DNA from: Phoronis australis | Taxonomy: Eukaryota > Animalia > Phoronida | Length of the DNA: 64,000 nt | Direction of reading: 5' to 3' | NCBI GenBank assembly: GCA_002633005.1 | Contig: NMRA01000137.1 | Location: forward strand, 682,001 to 746,000 | Part shown: piece by piece, positions 40,801-52,343 of the stretch | How the letters are laid out: each line of letters starts with the position of its first letter | Numbering within the stretch: position 1 is the first letter of the stretch | Notes under the pieces: generated by a model | What the model was told of the DNA's origin: nothing | Seen by the model: the letters and a program-made list of their open reading frames with translations, nothing else | Databases searched by the model: none | Position numbers and translations under genes: made by a program

Positions 40801-43800
40801 TGCATTAAATAGCTGAGAATTTAAAGCGCATTTAGCTGGTAAAGACCTTGCCTTCAGTGAATGTCTGGCAGAAAACGGTAAGAATCTGATCAGTGGTTTG
40901 TAACAACGTTTCAAAAAAACAACATTCTTTACAGCTCCAGTCAAAGCTAAAAACTTCTAAAGTCTAACTCATCCAACGATGATCCCATAATTGAGTTTTT
41001 CCGCGCTAAAAATGATATAGTCTAAATTCCACATTCATACTATAACCGACCGGATTTCTTAAACAGCACTTCATGCTTGCTAAACATCTCAAACTTTTGA
41101 CAGCAGACAAAGCTTATATATTTAATGGAAATAGTAATCCGGACATTGTTAGAATTTAGAGAACTGAAAACCCCACAGTATATTGAGCAGACATCAAAAG
41201 CAAAAGACGCTCAATTAAACTCACGCTGTGGTTAACCAATTTCAGCTCGTACAGCTTCTTCAGTAAACTCTCCTGAAAAAGAAAATTTATGTCAGAATTG
41301 AGGACCGATTCCCAGTCTAAGTTATTAGCTCTTCGAATATGCTTGCACAGTCTAAAAGAACACCAAAACTATACATTTTTCAACATAACATCATTTAAAT
41401 AATAGTAGCAACATAGTATTAACAATAAATGAAGACAAAACATATGAATATCATATAATCCCCTCAGTTTGGGAAACTATTCAGTGTATTCAGAACACTG
41501 GAGTCTCCCTGTTTTGATCCCAAATAACAACAGTATGGGCAATGGGGTTTCTTCTAAACTACCAGACAACAACTTACATCAACTGACTTCATTTTTTACA
41601 AATTCCAAATAATTTCTTTACTATGCATCAAATCCAAAAGCCAACCAAAGACTATTGGTTTCATACACAGGGTGGCAAGTACAGATGGAAACTGCAACAC
41701 TCACAGGGTCCCAGTCCTGTAGCGTGACTTTGTCCGGGACCGTTTCTTCTCCCTTCAAATCCAGCTCCACAGGCCGAATAGGCAGATCTTCAGTAGACAT
41801 CAGGGCAGTGTGACTCACTGCAGGAGATATAGGAATGTTAAAGAGGAAGTTAAACACCACTAGCAAACCTGGGCTGTACATTCATAATATCACTATTGCA
41901 TTGGGACACAGATGACTTTCAGTGGTAGTAATCATTTTGCTTTGATTAACGTATCCATCAATGAGAAATAATTCCAGAACTTAAGTAAAGTGTCAACTTT
42001 TCAATTCTCAATATCTGTACCATGTTTGAATGAACTAGTCGCATTGTAATGCTTCAGACACATAAACTGACTCAGTCAAGTCAATGTATTTAGCTTGTCC
42101 CAAGCACTAACAAACTATCACTTCTATTCAAGCCCAGACATAATTTAACTGAACCAGGAACAATTTAAAATAAACTATATAATATCAAGCAGCCAATCGG
42201 CACAGTGGGAAAATGCATTAAAGTAACATGTACTTCACAATGTTGTTAATTAAATTCATTCAAAATTTAGTTTCCCTCTATCACTCGCTTTCCATCATCC
42301 CACGACCTTTGACACACTGTCAACACAACCTTTGAACCACCATCACAATAACATATCCGTTGACGTTACAGTAAATCAAGGATACCTGAAATGTCCGGAA
42401 GCCAGTTTCTCACCATAGACACCGTGTCAACAGACGGTTTGGGATTGAGTCGGATAGAAGACGTAGAGGCTAAGCCTCTGTGTCCAGCAGAAATCCCCAG
42501 CAGAGCCAATTGTTCCTTAGACATTGTGTCAATGTCTGTAACAAATTCGCATTTTGGTCACTAGAGGGCGAATTTGTCAGTGCAGACAGAAGATGATGCA
42601 CCAATGGGGATTCAAACCAAACACAAATGCCAACACAACACCTCCACTTGAACTGCATTAAATTTCAAAGAAAATTTGATCAGACTACAGTTTTGCAATT
42701 GACAAAACATTTTAGAATGAGGAGAAAAGAAATTTGTAAGGACAATGGTTACTCACTAGATGACGAAATAGAATAAAATTAGAGTTACATGTAGCTTAAA
42801 CAATGACAAGAGATTTTGTTCTTTTACAGAAAAGCTTAAGTGGTGTGCGTTTTGGAACAAAACAAATGTTTCGTTATTCACCAATGAATGTCCTTTCATC
42901 TACCTCAATTTGGAAAAGAAAATCCATTACAGGCAAATAAGATCTGAATTAGTAGCATTTGAAAATTGTTTTGACAAAGAGAAAGACCGGTGACATGGGT
43001 TGAGGCGACAAGTTGTGCCGATCTAATATCAAACATGAAACGGGAACCACAACACCAACTCTAAACAAAAGGAAACTAGAAAAGACATAACAGAACCTTG
43101 AAACACCAAATAACCTCGCATGCGTCGTTTTGGTTTGACAGAAGTTTCCGAAGCCTTCGGACTGACCATCGGATACAGCAAACCCGTTGGCTTCTTCTCA
43201 AGCACTGATGGCTTTTCCATACGATCCATCTTTGAGAAATGGTGACTCGGCACACGTATGGCGTCTTTTCCTTTCCCAAAGGAACCTTCGTGATCCAGCT
43301 GATAAGAGGACGAGTCTTGAATCAGACCGCGGTCCAAGCCGAAGTTATCCTTGTCGCCACTAAAACTGGTCCCCGACATTCCTCGACCAAGCTTGCTACT
43401 GGCACCACCAACAAAATTAGGGCGGTCACTGCCAAGGCCAGCAGGAGTCCCCGCGATGGATGGAGCATCATCATACGAACTCTTTCTCCATTTATTCCAG
43501 GGCATAGTGATACCCTGGCTGAGGTTTCGTAGCTTCCCCATCAATGCCTCGCCCAGGGCACCAAAGTTAACGGAGCCAATATAAATGGATCCAATATGGA
43601 TGTCCTTGCCACCAGCATTACCAGCTCCTCTTCCTGCCGTTTTCCCCCCTCTCCCTCTAACATTTTGTTTTCCCGAAGTATTTGCCGTAGGTGATCCCCG
43701 GCCACGCCCACCTCCCCTACCCGCTGTACCACCACCCTTTCCTCTTCCCCTACTTGAACTAGTACCACTAGCTATACCTTTGGGTGATGTCTGACCACCT

Positions 43801-46038
43801 CTGCCTCTCCCCTTTCCAGCACTGCTCCCTCCCCGTCCTTTATCAATGCTAGTTCCACTACCAGACCCTTCAGATGAACCTTTCCCACCTCTACCCCTAT
43901 CCCTTCCTATACCACCTCCTTTTACACCCCTACCACCTCCTTTTCCATTCCCAGCAGTAGTACCAGTGCCACCTCCTTTGCCAGACCCTTTACTGCCCCT
44001 CCCCCTACCCCTTTTTCCGCTAATAGCTCCTTTCACCAATCCCTTATTGCCCCTTCCCTTACCCCTTTTTCCACGAACACTAGCTCCACTACCAACCTCT
44101 TTGGGTGTCTCTCTACCACCACCGCTAGTTGAAGACCCAGTAGATGCAAGTGAAGATGAACTCACGCCAGTTCCACTGCTGCCAACACTAGATGCACTAG
44201 GTGTTCCAGTACCCTTCCCAGATGATCTACTCCCACTACCTTTACTTCCTGTAGTTGGTGTGCTACTGACACTTGACAGGCCTGAGCTAAAACTGACCGA
44301 TTTCTTCGCACCCACACTTCTGACAGACTTCTTCCCTTCTACCATAAAGTCCTGCCCTTGTTTTCTCGTGTCCAGGAAATCTGCAGGTTCCAAATCAACA
44401 CGATCTTCCCCAACTTCTTCAGGCTCTTTCATCTTCACTTTCTCTTGCTTGTTTACAGGGATTTGTTGCTTCTTCTCTCTGGAAACACGTTTATGTCCAG
44501 CAACGGGACTAGTTCCACTTTTCCTCTGTCCAGATGAGAGGTTAGTATCTGGCTTTTCATTGTCAACTCGCTTCTTTTTTTTAGGCCTATCTCCACCAGT
44601 TACACCTTTCTTACTTGCCAAACTGGTTTCACTGCCTGCTTTATCTGGAGCTTTTCCTGGAGTCTTACGAGCCTTAGCTTTCTTTTCTATTGGACTACGT
44701 CCACTGCGATCCTTCCCATGTTCTTTCCCTCTCTTGCCCTCCTCAACCTCACTTCCACTGCTATCGCTATCTTCATCTCCCGTTTTGTCATCTTTAACTG
44801 TTCCTGTACCTTTGCCCCTACGTCCTCCCTTTTTACCCCGTAAGCTGGAAATATCAGTTTCATCTTCATCATCACTCTCTCCTCCTGCATCCGTTCCTCT
44901 ACTGCCCCTGCCAGAACCTTTTTGTCTTCTTCTACCAGCACGTCCTGTAGACCCCACACTGGTTCTGCTGCCAACACCTCTACCCCTATTTCTCCCACTG
45001 CCTCGTTTCGCAACTGAGCCTCTTTCTGCCTTAGGGCTACCTCTGCCTTGTCCTCTTCCAACACCTCTATCCCTACTTCGTCTCCCACCCATACCTCTTA
45101 CACTACCCCTACTTCTTCCACTGCCTCGTTGCGAAACTGAGCCTTCTTTCGTCTTTGGGGTACCTCTGCCTTTTACCCTTCCAACACCTCCTTCACTCTT
45201 TTGTCTACCTAATCGGACACTATCCTCACTATCAACTTCATCAAGACCTTTGTCACTTACGCTCTTTTTTGGACCTCTTCCTCCTCTGCCCTTCCCTCTA
45301 ACACCTTTTCCACTTTCCTGCTTACCTTCTTCATCATCTCCCACACTGTATGAAGTTGAAGATTTTGTTTGTCCAGAACTATCAACAGTTAGGTTTATAT
45401 TAACATTAATTGGTGGCATGTCCTTAGCTTTGTTTTTCTTTTTCTTGTCATCATCACTACTTGAACTACTGCTGCTACTACTGCCACCCTTATTCTTTGG
45501 AGGGTTCGCCCAATTCCAATCATAACCAGAATTGGCCATGTCACTTACGTCTTCAAAAGATGGCCCTTCTTCACCAAAACCCCAATCATCAAACTCTTCA
45601 TCATAAAAACCTCCTTTCGAATCAGGACCTCCTCTTCTCATTCTTCCACGAGACCTCCCTCTCCGAACACCATTTCTTCCCCTCCCTTCACCTCTTCTCC
45701 CCGCTCGATCTTTTCCCCTAAGTCTGGTAGCGCCACTAGTAGAACCTCCTCTTCTACCTCTTCCTCTGCCTCCACGAGATCCTCGTACACTAGGGCTCTT
45801 AGTTTCATCAAAGTCATCATAACTGACATCACTTGAGTCTTCCTTTGAAGAACGTCCTTTTCTGCGCTCCTTGGATTTCGTTCTACCTCCAGGTTCTTCA
45901 GAATCCTCATCGTCTTCATCATCTGTCCACCTCGATGGACCTCCTTTTCCACCCCTGCCTCTCCTTATACCCAAATCGCGACCTCTGCCATGACGTCTAC
46001 CACGAGACCTACTTCGCTTGGGTCCCATAGGCATTCCC

Positions 46039-46084
<46 letters not shown>

Positions 46085-49000
46085 TGTAATAATCATCTTC
46101 ATCATAATACATTTTTGAGTGACTTCCCTTCCCTCCACGATTCCCTCTCCTATTTCTCAATCTACCCCGAGATCTCTTACCTTTCGGACTTTCATTGTAG
46201 TCATTAAAATAATCACTTTCATCATCCCAACCTTCATCCCAACCCCTATTCCTACCACGATCCTTTGCCCTCAATTTACTCCTGGACCTACGTGGCCTTC
46301 TTCCTCTTCCAGCCCTCCTCCCACCTTTCCCTATGTCCTCATCACTATCTCCATCTGAACTGATGACTTCCACTGATTCAGACAATATCTCAAAATCATC
46401 ACCAAGGCCTGGAGGTTTCTTCCCCTTTTTCTTCTTCTTCCCCCCCACAGTAACATCAGTTGACTCGAAAAGAACCTCATAGCCCTTAGGAAGACCCTTA
46501 GGTTTTTTGTTGTAATTTGTATTGAGCTCACTTTTGTTCAGACATCCACCATCCACAGAGTCTGGTAACGATGCATCACTTCCAAGTTGACCACCAGCTG
46601 GTTCAGCATCTCTCTTGGCAAGTTCAATAGTCGGCATGACAGCAACGGGAAAGTCATCAGAAAATTTACCAAAACCAGTTTCAAGTCTGTTCATGTCGAC
46701 TGTTTCTTCAGTGAGGAAAGATTGTGGACCACCCACCTCAGCCTGGGCAAGAATAGATGGTCTAGTCCTTGATTTGCCCCTTGTGTTACCGCATGTTTTC
46801 TTCTCATTCTTGCTTTGATCTACCACTATCAGCTCGTTGAGAAGAGTGACACTTTCCTCCTCAGCAAGTGCTTTCTCTTGCACAGATAAAGAGTTGGCAC
46901 CAGATGGAGCCACTTTATCTTGCACTAGCACATTATTATTTCTCCTGGTACAATGAGAGTCACTATTTTCCTTCACTTTTACGTCGCTACCCTGTTTAAA
47001 AATGGGCACGGCAGAACTACTTTTCTTAACATTGATGTCAACAGTTTTAGACGTAGGATTATTTTCAGGTTTGCTCAGCATCGCCAGTGCATACGGAGTT
47101 AACACATTTTCTTTTTCTATAACAAATTCTTCTGGAGGTGGCCTTGACATTATCTGACTCTTGGATACTGATGATGCCTGTGAAGAATGGCTGTTAATTT
47201 CAGTCTGTGTTTCTGAGACGCCATTACATCCATGATTATCTGTTGCTGGTGAGGCAGCCATGGACTGCTTGGATTTGGAATTTTGCTGAAACAAAGTATG
47301 AATCAAGATGAAACAGCAGAGCAAATAATCAATGACTTTGACTCAACCAAAGTCACTACTCAACTTTTGAACATTTTATCAACAAGTGCGAGATTATTCA
47401 GTAAATAAAATTGAGAGCGGTTTCTGCGATTGTCCACGCTGAACCCCATGTTGTGTGCCACTTGTACAGCCTTAAAGTCCACTTGACTAAAATACTTCAA
47501 GTTTTGATCCACCTGATTAAAACACTTTATGCTCTGTTTTATTAGTAAAGCCAGAAAACCCACCTGATTAAAACACTTCATGCTCCGTTTTATTAGTGAA
47601 GCCAGAAAACCCACCTGATTAAAACACTTCATGCTGTTTTATTAGTAAAGCCAGAAAACTAACCTGATTAAAACACTTCATGTTTCGTTTCATTAGCATA
47701 GCCAGCTTGTTCTGGACCTTGACCAGTTCATGAGACACCTCCACGTAAGCAGCCGAACTATGGTCAGTGATCTCACCAATCTCTTCCGTCAGAAGGTTGA
47801 ACTTCTCCTGCTCCGACTTCATCTCTTTCTGTAGGTTTGACACTGTCTCAATTAACTCCTGAAGACAGAGAACGACAATGACACTATTAAGGAGACATTG
47901 GCTGCTCTGGTATTCAGTGTTCCTCGCATCAGAAATTCAAACTTGAGTTACAAAATTCTTGTTCAGGTTTGGAATTCCACGTCCTTACTGTGGAGAGCTT
48001 GTGTGCATTGAACTGGCATCTAAACTCCAAAATGGACGAATTTGCTTAGAAATAACTAATCCTCCAATACTTCAAACTCATTGAATAGGTTTTTAAATTT
48101 GGTGGAAATAAGCCAAACTCGTCGCAACAAAATTCAAAGTTGAAGCAGTGACGAGTCAAAACAGGTTGTGGAGAACACTGTTAGCAAACATTCCACGCAG
48201 CACGCTCTTTGTATGTGTAGATTGGAATTCTTGTACAGTCTGCTCTTCGGGTCTGAAATGTCTTGGATTAAAACGATAGCACGATTTTATAGAGTGGCAT
48301 CCATTTGTTACTGATTGGAACCTATTTTACTTATAGTGGGGTACATTAGCATTTGCTATTTTACATTGTTGTTCAAGTGACCCCCTGGAGTTTTACATTT
48401 CACTTCTGCAAGAGGATTCCCCACTGTAAAATGAAATAACACATCATGAAACGTTCAAGGTATGTTTCATAACTCATTGTAATGAAAAAGTTGATGGTTA
48501 CAGAACACAGAACAGTATCAGTAAAGGGCACATTCTTCTAATCACTCACAACACTGTGACCTTTGTATGCAAAGACTGGCATAGCTGGAGACATCATGAC
48601 CAGACATAGGAGAAAGACAATCTTTAATGCGATACACAAAACAAATATTATAATGGATAAACAAACTTGTTGACTTGGTCATTACTGAGTGACCAGTCCA
48701 CAGAGACAGCTGAACCAGCCCGTGCATTTAGAAGAGTGTAGACTAGTAGCTACAAGCTGAGCTGTCATACTCAAGTGAATTATAGCTCAGCTCACAGCTC
48801 AATGCAGGTGCTCAATAAACTACTACAGCCATTTATATTAAACAGTGTTAATGTAGTGCACAGCAAGAAAGATTAGCTGCTGTCAGGTAGGGCAATGATT
48901 GTTTTTCACAAGCTTCTGAAGGTAATTGGCTAAGCACTTAGTTCACTTAACCTGCATGCTATGAAGATTTGCGCACACCAGGTAAAAGAAAACCACCAAG

Positions 49001-49358
49001 AGAGACATCTGCTTTACCGTCTTGCGAGGTAAAATCCTTACAGTTCATTTTGCCGAGACAGTAAGCCATGAATTGAGCCAACCTTCATTTGAGACAAATA
49101 GTTCTTCACGTGCGCTTCTCTTCACAGTATGATTGAGATGGCTGTCAGGAATAATGTAATTGGAAAAATTAAGAGACTGTCTATTTATGGAAGGCATTGC
49201 TAGTCAGATGTCCCCTCTAGCTGGCTTTCGTCATAATTTTTGTTCAACTGTCTACCGGCTTCACCCACCTTCATCTTCATACCGTTGATAGCTTTATCAA
49301 AATCACTCTCCGAACACCTCAACAGAGGCGCAAACTCAGGGTCCACTGAGGTGCCCAT
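28065..49358 (-). CDS. Giant PH-domain / actin-related protein, ~2102 aa (coiled coil - low-complexity IDR - PH - actin fold). Coding exons: 49358-49269, 47858-47664, 47285-43115, 42535-42386, 41817-41705, 41272-41225, 40697-40554, 36454-36362, 35824-35684, 34839-34779, 33949-33777, 32238-32158, 31427-31235, 30633-30497, 29923-29808, 29431-29185, 28220-28065
   Basis: Every listed exon has AG/GT boundaries with matching phases; total 6309 nt including TGA. ATG sits in strong context GCCATGG, and the upstream exon has stops in all three frames. The PH and actin exons are secure; the junction to the giant exon (donor GAG|gttatt at 43115) is less certain. Confidence 0.78.
29115..29161. repeat. 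(TG)n microsatellite in the last intron of the PH-actin gene
   Basis: Directly visible. Confidence 0.95.
35684..40697 (-). CDS. PH domain, 3 exons (40697-40554, 36454-36362, 35824-35684)
   Basis: MEGYAEMLPEGKSKDTLLKTWRRKYFRINGGKLFYYD|DVKVDKAAGFFQLMGANI...|RGHYMMLRIKTDEEYRDWQLSL: beta1 EGY, beta2 WRRxYF, beta3 LFYY and C-terminal helix with the invariant Trp. Confidence 0.88.
35942..36038. repeat. Imperfect (AAC/AAT)n microsatellite
   Basis: Directly visible; intronic. Confidence 0.85.
37080..38798 (-). mobile_element. Kolobok-type DNA transposon (non-autonomous or decayed) with frameshifted THAP domain
   Basis: TTAA TSDs (37076-37079, 38799-38802) and perfect 15-bp TIR AGGAGAATGCCACCC. On -: RCIVPACPN...FFRLP...KW / frameshift / HVRVCGRHFVDSDF = THAP C2CH signature (~38620-38420). 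Internal ~56-bp tandem duplication at 37582-37690. Confidence 0.85.
39062..39215. mobile_element. MITE family B copy 1
   Basis: ~150 bp with CGTTCAGTA..AGGACCT termini; reverse complement of 51112-51266. Confidence 0.7.
43115..47285 (-). CDS. 4171-nt giant exon encoding ~1390-aa low-complexity disordered region (RG/RGG, Gly/Ser, Lys-rich and poly-Asp blocks)
   Basis: Uninterrupted ORF 47324-43029; acceptor tttcag|CAA (phase 0) and donor CGAG|gttatt (phase 1) match the phases of the flanking exons. Confidence 0.8.
47480..47700 (-). repeat. ~51-bp tandem repeat x4 duplicating an exon end plus its splice donor
   Basis: Unit CTAAT(A/G)AAAC..CATGAAGTGTTTTAATCAG|GT(G/T)(G/A)GTTTTCTGGCTT; exon-end positions at 47664, 47615, 47564 and 47513. 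Confidence 0.9.
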
Positions 49359-49889
49359 GGCTACCTGAAACAAAGGCGTTGTTTGTCATCTGGCAATTTC
49401 ATCAACAGGAAAAGTTTGAATTAAAGGCATTGTGTCACTGTGACAATTTTATCAATAGACAAAGTCCAATAGAATAAGGTAAAAAGTACCGGTAACTCTT
49501 TTCAGTTATTTCACACAGACATGTGTATGGTACTCATTTCTTCAATTCATGTACCGTCTACAGTGTGGGCGTCTTGACCTCAGAACACTAGAAGATGTTT
49601 AGTTTGCAAACATAAAATAATTTTCATATCTAGAGATTTGTTTAAGCATACTTGCTTAAAAACCATATAGATTCACTTCAAGTCAATACCTCGCCACCGA
49701 TTAAACTGCCAGCTTAAAAACACAGGGAGTGACTGTTAACTCATGGACAGCAGAAGCCCGACCAAATAGTGAAAATGGTGACTGCGCTACATAAGACATT
49801 TGAGTCCTCAAGGGGACCACGGTGGTGTGCACCAGTCTTCTCGCTACATTTATTCAAACACGGTGTTGCATCTTGTTTAAAATGTTTTG

Positions 49890-50010
49890 CACCATGTTTG
49901 GACATCTTGAGCCATGGTTGAAAAGCTCTGAGTCATGTTTGAAAAGCTCTGAGCCATGCTTGAAATGCCCCCAGGCCCATGTTTGAAATCTTAAGCCATG
50001 TTTGAAAAGT
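49890..50010. repeat. Degenerate ~21-bp tandem repeat (CATGTTTGAAAAGCTCTGAGC)
   Basis: Five to six imperfect copies. Confidence 0.75.
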
Positions 50011-50587
50011 CAGAGTTACAAGACGAATGATTGAAATTGTGTTGCATAGTGGTACACGTATTTTATCATTTCAAGATGAAAATAATGTGACGTGCTGAGT
50101 GAAAATAATGAGTCACTAACTGTTGTTTTAGTGAATCAACGGAAAGGAAATTAGGATACAAAGAACACCATACAGAATTTCCACCCCAAAATATGTATCA
50201 ACGGTCAGAAATGCTTGCCTTGGCTTGCGGAGTTGCCCGCGCGAAGTTCACAACGGTGGTGTCATCTTTCCAACAGTTGTGAAGCCATTTTACCCCCACG
50301 GCATAGATGGAGTAACAAGGCAAATTTTTGCATTTGATGCCGAAAAACATCATTTTCTTTTAGGTAGACTGACAGATTTCTATGAATTTGGTGTCACTGT
50401 GAAGCTAAGGCAACACTCTAAACATTATAAAGCAAACCGTGTATCTTTGAGCCGTACATCACAGGGTGAAAATTGAAACTGAAAATGCAAATTTTCAAGG
50501 TAAAATGAGATGTTGATTTCTGGGAGTAATATATCTGCTTACACTAAACCCAAACTCTTACCACTCAACACCAGGTGATCCACTTAC

Positions 50588-50669
50588 CTGTGCCTACGTC
50601 ACCTTATCTCTGATTCACTGCGTCTTCAATGCTATCTGCGATTCTACTTCCTCATAAAACGATAATGCA
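50588..50669 (-). other. Putative non-coding 5'UTR exon of the PH-actin gene
   Basis: tttcag| acceptor and CAG|gtaagt donor; stops in all three frames. Confidence 0.6.
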
Positions 50670-51111
50670 CTGAAATGAAAACAACATCTTATTAACAGGA
50701 TGGTCTTAAAACAATATGTAAACTAATAACTCAAAATACCAAAATCTTTTTCCTTAGAAGTCAATATGGTGGAATGCAGAATTTTTACTTCATTTAATTT
50801 AACAGTATTAATACATCTGGAATGTGGTTGTAAAGTAACCCCTCCATCGATGAACTGAGCTTTTAAAAAATGGAATATTGCACAAGTTTTGCAATACTGT
50901 TACTTTTGCCCCCCATTTGACAAAACCTCACAGGTCATCCATTACTTGATATTACCAATGTAGAATGGTCGCAACTCATCTAAAATTTTCAACTCATACT
51001 ATTTGATGAAAGCTGGGTGTAAAGCTCACGAAAACATCGATGGCCATAGTTGCCATGACACTTGTGCAGCTTTTGAGAAAAAAGAACTTCAAAAAAAGTT
51101 ATGAGGACATC

Positions 51112-51266
51112 GGCCTCCTGTTCAGTAACGTTAGGACCTCGCTAAAACGCAAGACTTTGCGAGATTACGTGAGATATTGCCGTGTATTTTAAATGAGAAC
51201 ACGTGACTTTGACTAGGTTTTAGCTAGGTCCTAGCGTAGGTCCTAGCGACTACTGAACGCACGCCA
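51112..51266. mobile_element. MITE family B copy 2
   Basis: GGCCTCCTGTTCAGTAACGTTAGGACCT...AGGTCCTAGCGACTACTGAACGCACGCC; internal part is the reverse complement of 39062-39215. Confidence 0.7.
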
Positions 51267-52298
51267 GGTTTCACTAAGTCAGGCCCAGACCAGAATAAAT
51301 GCTGTTTCCTTTGGCTAAATGTAGAGTATTATGTGTGAAATACAACAAAATGAAATAACCTTTGCAGTCACAATAGTGCCATTGCCAATCAGGGAAAATT
51401 TTTTGAAGTTTTTGGCATTGGGATACAATTTGCCAGGATACTGGTTTCCACGAAATTTTCTAGGACCAAATCGAAGGAAAATTTATTCACAATTTAGACA
51501 TTTGTTTTCTCAGTTGAAATTCAAAGTCAAACTGCTCTTGGCCAAGTGGCAATTTTGCATCATGTGCTCTGACACTTTAATTATCAAACAGGCATTATCA
51601 GTCGCAAATGTCTGGGGAGGGCATTTTCAAGGTCTGCCGATGGCAGGGAATACAGAACTTGCTAGAATCTCAATCACTATTAGGTCACAGTAAGCAAATT
51701 CGTGAAAATGACCCCTGCAACGATTCTGAAATACATGGAAAAGCAGCCACCCTGTGCTAATCAGGTAAAAAATTACTGTACTGCAAAGACCCAAACACAG
51801 GTCAATCAGCAGTAATGGGATTTAAAGTGCCCTCATTTTAAGAACCAGTTTTATGCCCATAATTCAATGGAGAAAACTGGTTCTCAAAATGAAGACAGCG
51901 TGTAATAGGCTGTAATAGGCGACTACAACAGATCAATCAATCCAACATTCCAATGTGTTCAATGACACAACTGCACTCCTTGTAACAGTGATCAGCAAGC
52001 CCCTGAACAGAGAGAGAGAGTGAACCTGTGTAAGAGTTCAGAGCAAAGTAAAGACCCTATTCTAGAACACAATGAGAACCATTGTACAACTACCTAAATG
52101 CAGGATACCTCAATTATGCAACAATGTTTGGAATAAAAAGGATGGGCTCTTGAACAGGCTGTTCAATGTAGTCCAATCTTGATTTAACAATTTCCTGACC
52201 TGAATTTGCATTGTTCAACTTCAGAACAGACCACAGTCCATGAAAATTAAGGATAAGTAGTCCTATATGATAATTGTACATGCTCAGTGGATCCTCAC

Positions 52299-52343
52299 CT
52301 GTGCCATCTCACTTGGCACCGCTCTTCATCACAAAGCTATCCA
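52299..52343 (-). other. Putative upstream 5' exon of the PH-actin gene
   Basis: tcttttcttgtag| acceptor and CAG|gtgagg donor; ends ATG GCA CAG. Confidence 0.4.

Noticed and set aside
42386-42477. Shorter version of the exon following the giant exon (acceptor cacag at 42478)
   Set aside because: Phase incompatible with the giant-exon donor; the upstream acceptor tttgttacag at 42536 gives a correct phase-1 open exon.
43846-45525. 559-aa Pro/Leu-rich ORF on + strand
   Set aside because: Antisense shadow of the Gly/Arg/Lys-rich giant exon; low-complexity codons make stops rare; no splice or promoter support.
47480-47700. CRISPR-like array
   Set aside because: Eukaryotic context, no unique spacers, no cas genes; it is a head-to-tail tandem repeat.
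49341-49358. N-myristoylation of the PH-actin protein (MGTSVD)
   Set aside because: Gly2 is present but position 6 is Asp rather than Ser/Thr; poor match to the NMT consensus.
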